Source: Pseudomonas aeruginosa PAO1 (lineage in GTDB: Bacteria; Pseudomonadota; Gammaproteobacteria; Pseudomonadales; Pseudomonadaceae). Taken from it: a stretch of DNA of 64,000 nt. This document shows positions 59,948-64,000 of the stretch, one piece after another. Within the stretch, counting starts at the first letter, position 1. Each line of letters opens with the position of its first letter. Both the position numbers and the translations under genes were made by a program. Below the pieces are notes generated by a model, which searched no databases, was not told where the DNA came from, and saw nothing but the letters and a program-made list of their open reading frames with translations. Location: NCBI RefSeq assembly GCF_000006765.1, contig NC_002516.2; one strand, given 5' to 3'.

Positions 59948-60868
59948 TCAGTGCCGGCGCTCGGCAAGCTTGCCCAGTTGCTCCCGGCAGTAGTCGACGA
60001 ACAATCGTGCCGGCTTGGTCAGTTGCGCGCGTTTCAGCCAGGCGGCGGCGAGCCCGGAGGTGGACACCGGCTCGGCGAGGTCGACCATGACCACCTTCTT
60101 GCCGTCGTAGGTGCATTCCGAATGCGGGCGGGTGACCAGCAGGGAGAAGCCGAAGCCCTGGCCGACCATGCCGCGCACCATCTCGATGGACGGCGAGCTG
60201 AAGGCGATGTTCGGCGTCAGGCCGAGTTCCTCGAACAGGCTGACGAAATAGGTGCGGCTGGGCTGCACGTCGAGCAGGATCATCGGTTCCAGGCACAGGT
60301 CGCGCAGCGACACTTGCGCCTGCCCGGCGAAGCGGTGCCCTTCGGGGAGCAGCGCGTGGGGTCGTTGCGGCGGCATCAGCGGCTCGGTCTCGATGGTCGA
60401 GTCGAGGTCGTGCTCGTAGAGGAAGGCCAGGTCGAAGCGCCCGGAGGTGAGGCCTTGCACCAGTTCCTGCTGCTCTCCGTCGCGTATGCGGATCTCCACC
60501 CCCGGATAGGCCTGGCGAAAGCCGGCGATCAGGCCTGGCAGGTAGAGCGGGGCGACCGTCTCGAAGCAGCCGATGTCGATCTGCCCGGCGATCACGTCGT
60601 TGTCGGCCAGGGCGTTCTGCTCGAACTCGTGGGCCATCCGCAGCAGTTCCTGGGCCTTGCGGTAGAAGCGCGCGCCGGCGGGGGTCAGCGACACGCCCTG
60701 GGCGTGGTGGCGGATGAACAGCTGCACGCCGAAGCTTTCCTCCAGACCCTTCACCGCCGTGGAGATCGACGGCTGGGCGATGTACAGCTTGCGCGAGGCC
60801 TCGGCCACGCTGCCGCATTCCACGGTGGTCACGAAATACTTGAGTTGCCGCAAGGTATAGGACGCCAC
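59948..60868 (-). CDS. hinK: LysR-family regulator HinK (histamine catabolism); PA0218-like
   Basis: 306 aa with YTLRQLKYF...QPSISTAV; divergent from an aldehyde dehydrogenase and APC permease. The symbol comes from recalled literature. Confidence 0.75.
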   Translation of the reverse strand: MASYTLRQLKYFVTTVECGSVAEASRKLYIAQPSISTAVKGLEESFGVQLFIRHHAQGVSLTPAGARFYRKAQELLRMAHEFEQNALADNDVIAGQIDIGCFETVAPLYLPGLIAGFRQAYPGVEIRIRDGEQQELVQGLTSGRFDLAFLYEHDLDSTIETEPLMPPQRPHALLPEGHRFAGQAQVSLRDLCLEPMILLDVQPSRTYFVSLFEELGLTPNIAFSSPSIEMVRGMVGQGFGFSLLVTRPHSECTYDGKKVVMVDLAEPVSTSGLAAAWLKRAQLTKPARLFVDYCREQLGKLAERRH

Positions 60869-61059
60869 TGCAAGACCTCATCGGCGCATCATCCTCCCCG
60901 GGCCGGGCGTGCGCGCCTCGATTGTTGTGTCCGCCGCGCTGCAAGCAAGTTGCAGGCCGCTGCCGGGCGTCGCGGCGCTGGCCGCGACGACGATTGCCCG
61001 CCTGCACGATAACCCAGCACGACGCACTTTGCCGGGGCACGCCTGGCCAGCTTTTTCTT

Positions 61060-61074
61060 ATGTCCCGAGGACAT
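61060..61074. promoter_or_regulatory. Candidate LysR (HinK) operator
   Basis: ATGTCC-CGA-GGACAT, a perfect 6-bp dyad with T-N11-A, in the divergent hinK/hinD region. Confidence 0.55.
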
Positions 61075-61218
61075 TTTTAATAATTTTCCTTCGCCGCGGC
61101 TTGCGCGACCATCCTTCCCCATCGACCCCATGGACAGCGGTCCGCCTCCCGGCGGTCCGGGCCATGCGTGCAGAACCACGACCGGCGCAGACCGGCGAGA
61201 TAACAAGGAGAAGGTGGG

Positions 61219-62709
61219 GTGTTCGAACTCAGCGATTGGCAACGGCGCGCCGCGACACAGCGCTTCATCGACCAGGCCCTGATCGGCGGCCGCCAGCGTC
61301 CAGCCGCCAGCGGCGCTACCTTCGACGCCATCGATCCGGCGAGCAATCGCCTGCTGGCGCGGGTCGCGGCCTGCGATGCGGCCGACGTCGACGCGGCAGT
61401 GGCCGCCGCCCGCCGCGCCTTCGACGAAGGCCCCTGGGCGCGTCTCGCCCCGGTCGAGCGCAAGCGCGTGCTGCTGCGCCTGGCCGAGCTGATGCTGGCC
61501 CATCGCGAAGAGCTGGCGCTGCTCGACTCGCTGAACATGGGCAAGCCGGTGATGGACGCCTGGAACATCGATGTACCCGGCGCCGCCCACGTCTTCGCCT
61601 GGTATGCGGAAAGCCTCGACAAGCTCTACGACCAGGTCGCGCCGACCGCCCAGCAGACCCTGGCCACCATTACCCGCGTGCCGCTGGGGGTGATCGGCGC
61701 GGTGGTGCCGTGGAACTTCCCGCTCGACATGGCCGCCTGGAAGCTCGCCCCGGCCCTGGCCGCCGGCAACTCGGTGGTGCTCAAGCCGGCCGAGCAGTCG
61801 CCGTTCTCCGCCCTGCGCCTGGCCGAGCTGGCCCTGGAGGCGGGGGTGCCGGAAGGCGTGCTGAACGTGGTGCCGGGCCTCGGCGAGCAGGCCGGCAAGG
61901 CCCTCGGCTTGCACCCGGAGGTGGACGCACTGGTGTTCACCGGCTCCACCGAGGTCGGCAAGTACTTCATGCAGTATTCCGCGCAATCCAACCTCAAGCA
62001 GGTCTGGCTGGAGTGCGGCGGCAAGAGTCCGAACCTGGTGTTCGCCGATTGCCGCGATCTTGACCTGGCGGCGGAAAAGGCCGCCTTCGGCATTTTCTTC
62101 AACCAGGGCGAGGTCTGTTCGGCGAACTCGCGCTTGCTGGTGGAGCGTTCGATCCACGACGAGTTCGTCGAGCGCCTGCTGGCCAAGGCCCGCGACTGGC
62201 AGCCGGGCGATCCGCTGGACCCGGCCAGCCGCGCCGGCGCCATCGTCGACCGCCGGCAGACCGCCGGGATTCTCGCCGCCATCGAGCGGGCGCAAGGCGA
62301 GGGCGCGACCCTGCTCGGCGGTGGCCGCCAGTTGACGATCAACGGTTCGGACAACTTCATCGAACCGACCCTGTTCGGCGACGTACGCCCGGACATGCAG
62401 CTGGCCCGCGAGGAAATCTTCGGTCCGGTGCTGGCGATCAGCGCCTTCGACTCCGAGGACGAGGCCATACGCCTGGCCAACGACAGCCGCTACGGCCTCG
62501 CCGCCTCGCTGTGGAGCGACGACCTGCACCGTGCACACCGGGTGGCGCGGCGCTTGAATGCCGGAACGGTGTCGGTGAATACCGTGGACGCGCTGGACGT
62601 CGCGGTGCCTTTCGGCGGCGGCAAGCAGTCCGGCTTCGGTCGCGACCTGTCGCTGCATTCCTTCGACAAGTACACCCAGTTGAAGACGACCTGGTTCCAG
62701 TTGCGCTGA
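61219..62709 (+). CDS. hinD: PuuC-like aldehyde dehydrogenase (HinD); PA0219-like
   Basis: 496 aa from a GTG start with VPWNFP, FTGSTEVG, LECGGKSP, catalytic Cys in GEVCSA and EEIFGPV. Confidence 0.85.
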   Translation: MFELSDWQRRAATQRFIDQALIGGRQRPAASGATFDAIDPASNRLLARVAACDAADVDAAVAAARRAFDEGPWARLAPVERKRVLLRLAELMLAHREELALLDSLNMGKPVMDAWNIDVPGAAHVFAWYAESLDKLYDQVAPTAQQTLATITRVPLGVIGAVVPWNFPLDMAAWKLAPALAAGNSVVLKPAEQSPFSALRLAELALEAGVPEGVLNVVPGLGEQAGKALGLHPEVDALVFTGSTEVGKYFMQYSAQSNLKQVWLECGGKSPNLVFADCRDLDLAAEKAAFGIFFNQGEVCSANSRLLVERSIHDEFVERLLAKARDWQPGDPLDPASRAGAIVDRRQTAGILAAIERAQGEGATLLGGGRQLTINGSDNFIEPTLFGDVRPDMQLAREEIFGPVLAISAFDSEDEAIRLANDSRYGLAASLWSDDLHRAHRVARRLNAGTVSVNTVDALDVAVPFGGGKQSGFGRDLSLHSFDKYTQLKTTWFQLR

Positions 62710-62766
62710 AGACGCGACGGACGCGACACGACTCGATGCCGATAACGACAACAAGAGGACGATCGA

Positions 62767-64000
62767 ATGAACGACACGCCGAACGTGCGTGAGCCGGCCC
62801 TGCGCCGCGTGCTCGGGCTGGGACCGCTGCTGGCGGTGGCCATCGGCCTGGTGGTTTCCCAGGGCGTGATGGTACTGATGCTGCAAGGCGCCGGGACGGC
62901 CGGCCTCGGCTTCATCGTGCCGCTGGGAGTGGCCTACCTGCTGGCGCTGAGCTACGCCTTTTCCTTTTCCGAGCTGGCCCTGATGATTCCCCGCGCCGGT
63001 AGCCTGAGCAGCTACACCGAGGTGGCCATCGGGCATTTCCCGGCGATCCTGGCGACCTTTTCCGGCTACGTGGTGGTGGCGATGTTCGCCCTCTCGGCGG
63101 AACTGCTGCTGCTCGACCTGATCATCGGCAAGGTCTACCCCGGCGCGCTGCCGCCGATGCTGGTGGCCTACGGCGTGCTCGGCCTGTTCACCCTGCTCAA
63201 CCTGCTCGGCATCGACATCTTCGCGCGCCTGCAGAGCGCGCTGGCGCTGCTGATGATGATCGTCCTGCTGGTGCTCGGCCTGGGTGCGGTGAGCAGCGAC
63301 CACGCTTCCGCGCAGACCGCCCTGGCGAGCGGCTGGAACCCGCTCGGGGTAAGCGCCCTGGCGCTCACCGCGATGGCCGTGTGGGGCTTCGTCGGCGCCG
63401 AGTTCGTCTGCCCGCTGGTGGAGGAGACGCGGCGTCCGGAGCGCAACATCCCGCGTTCGATGATCCTCGGCCTGAGCATCATCTTCCTGACCATCGCCCT
63501 CTACTGCTTCGGTGCGCTGCTGTGCATCCCGCAGGCGGAACTGGCCGGCGACCCGCTGCCACACTTCCTCTTCGCCAACCGCGTGTTCGGCGAGTACGGC
63601 CAGCTGTTCCTGGTGATCGCCGCGATCACCGCCACCTGCAGCACCCTCAACTCGTCGCTGGCGGCGATCCCGCGGATGCTCTACGGGATGGCGCAGAACG
63701 GCCAGGCCTTCCCGCAATTCAAGCAGCTCAGCCGGCGGGCGCGCACGCCCTGGGTGGCGGTGCTGTTCGTCGCCGCGATCACCGGCCTGCCGATCCTGAT
63801 CCTCGGCCAGGACCCGGACTCGATCAACCTGCTGCTGCTCGCCGCCGCGCTGGCCTGGCTGCTGGCCTACATCATCGCCCACGTCGACGTGCTGGCCCTG
63901 CGCCGTCGCTATCCGCACATCGCCCGTCCGTTCCGCACGCCGTTCTACCCGCTGCCGCAACTGTTCGGCATCGCCGGGATGATCTACGCGGTGGTCCACG
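62767..64000 (+). CDS. hinA: APC-family amine/amino-acid permease (HinA), truncated by the window end; PA0220-like
   Basis: Hand translation MNDTPNVREPALRRVLGLGPLLAVAIGLVVSQG..., with WGFVGAEF and ETRRPERNIPRS motifs; open to the window end. Confidence 0.85.
   Translation, partial: MNDTPNVREPALRRVLGLGPLLAVAIGLVVSQGVMVLMLQGAGTAGLGFIVPLGVAYLLALSYAFSFSELALMIPRAGSLSSYTEVAIGHFPAILATFSGYVVVAMFALSAELLLLDLIIGKVYPGALPPMLVAYGVLGLFTLLNLLGIDIFARLQSALALLMMIVLLVLGLGAVSSDHASAQTALASGWNPLGVSALALTAMAVWGFVGAEFVCPLVEETRRPERNIPRSMILGLSIIFLTIALYCFGALLCIPQAELAGDPLPHFLFANRVFGEYGQLFLVIAAITATCSTLNSSLAAIPRMLYGMAQNGQAFPQFKQLSRRARTPWVAVLFVAAITGLPILILGQDPDSINLLLLAAALAWLLAYIIAHVDVLALRRRYPHIARPFRTPFYPLPQLFGIAGMIYAVVH

Overview
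This window is GC-rich core chromosome of Pseudomonas aeruginosa. From remembered protein sequences and gene order (no database search) it matches the block annotated as about PA0163-PA0220 in strain PAO1. In order: a partial AraC regulator and a GGT-like Ntn hydrolase; a purine uptake module (Tsx-like porin, XanQ-like NCS2 permease, RutR-like TetR) and yigZ; siaABCD; the Che2 chemosensory cluster (cheY2-cheA2-cheW2-aer2-cheR2-cheD-cheB2, plus mcpA/cttP); a LysR/SDR pair; a sulfate-ester utilisation cluster (atsABCR, SftR-like LysR, SftP-like TonB receptor, atsK and two more TauD-family dioxygenases, an OprD porin, an acid phosphatase); pntAA-pntAB-pntB; tonB2-exbB1-exbD1; a DUF3079 mini-protein and an esterase; an amidase with a PotABCD-like ABC transporter and LysR; mdcABCDEGH-madLM-mdcR; and the start of the histamine cluster hinK-hinD-hinA. 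I saw no IS, integrase, prophage, CRISPR array, tRNA or rRNA, and no clear frameshift. The long opposite-strand ORFs are GC-bias shadows. I found no wholly new gene system. The most interesting signals are: (i) a 43-bp tandem LysR operator shared by atsB/atsR, sftR/sftP and tonB2; (ii) paired RutR-like operators and sigma54 promoters on the purine uptake genes; (iii) five FG(L/F)FD repeats in the CheA2 linker and matching C-terminal tails on CheD and McpA; (iv) several uncharacterised catabolic modules. Regulator assignments are inferences from motif shape and are untested.
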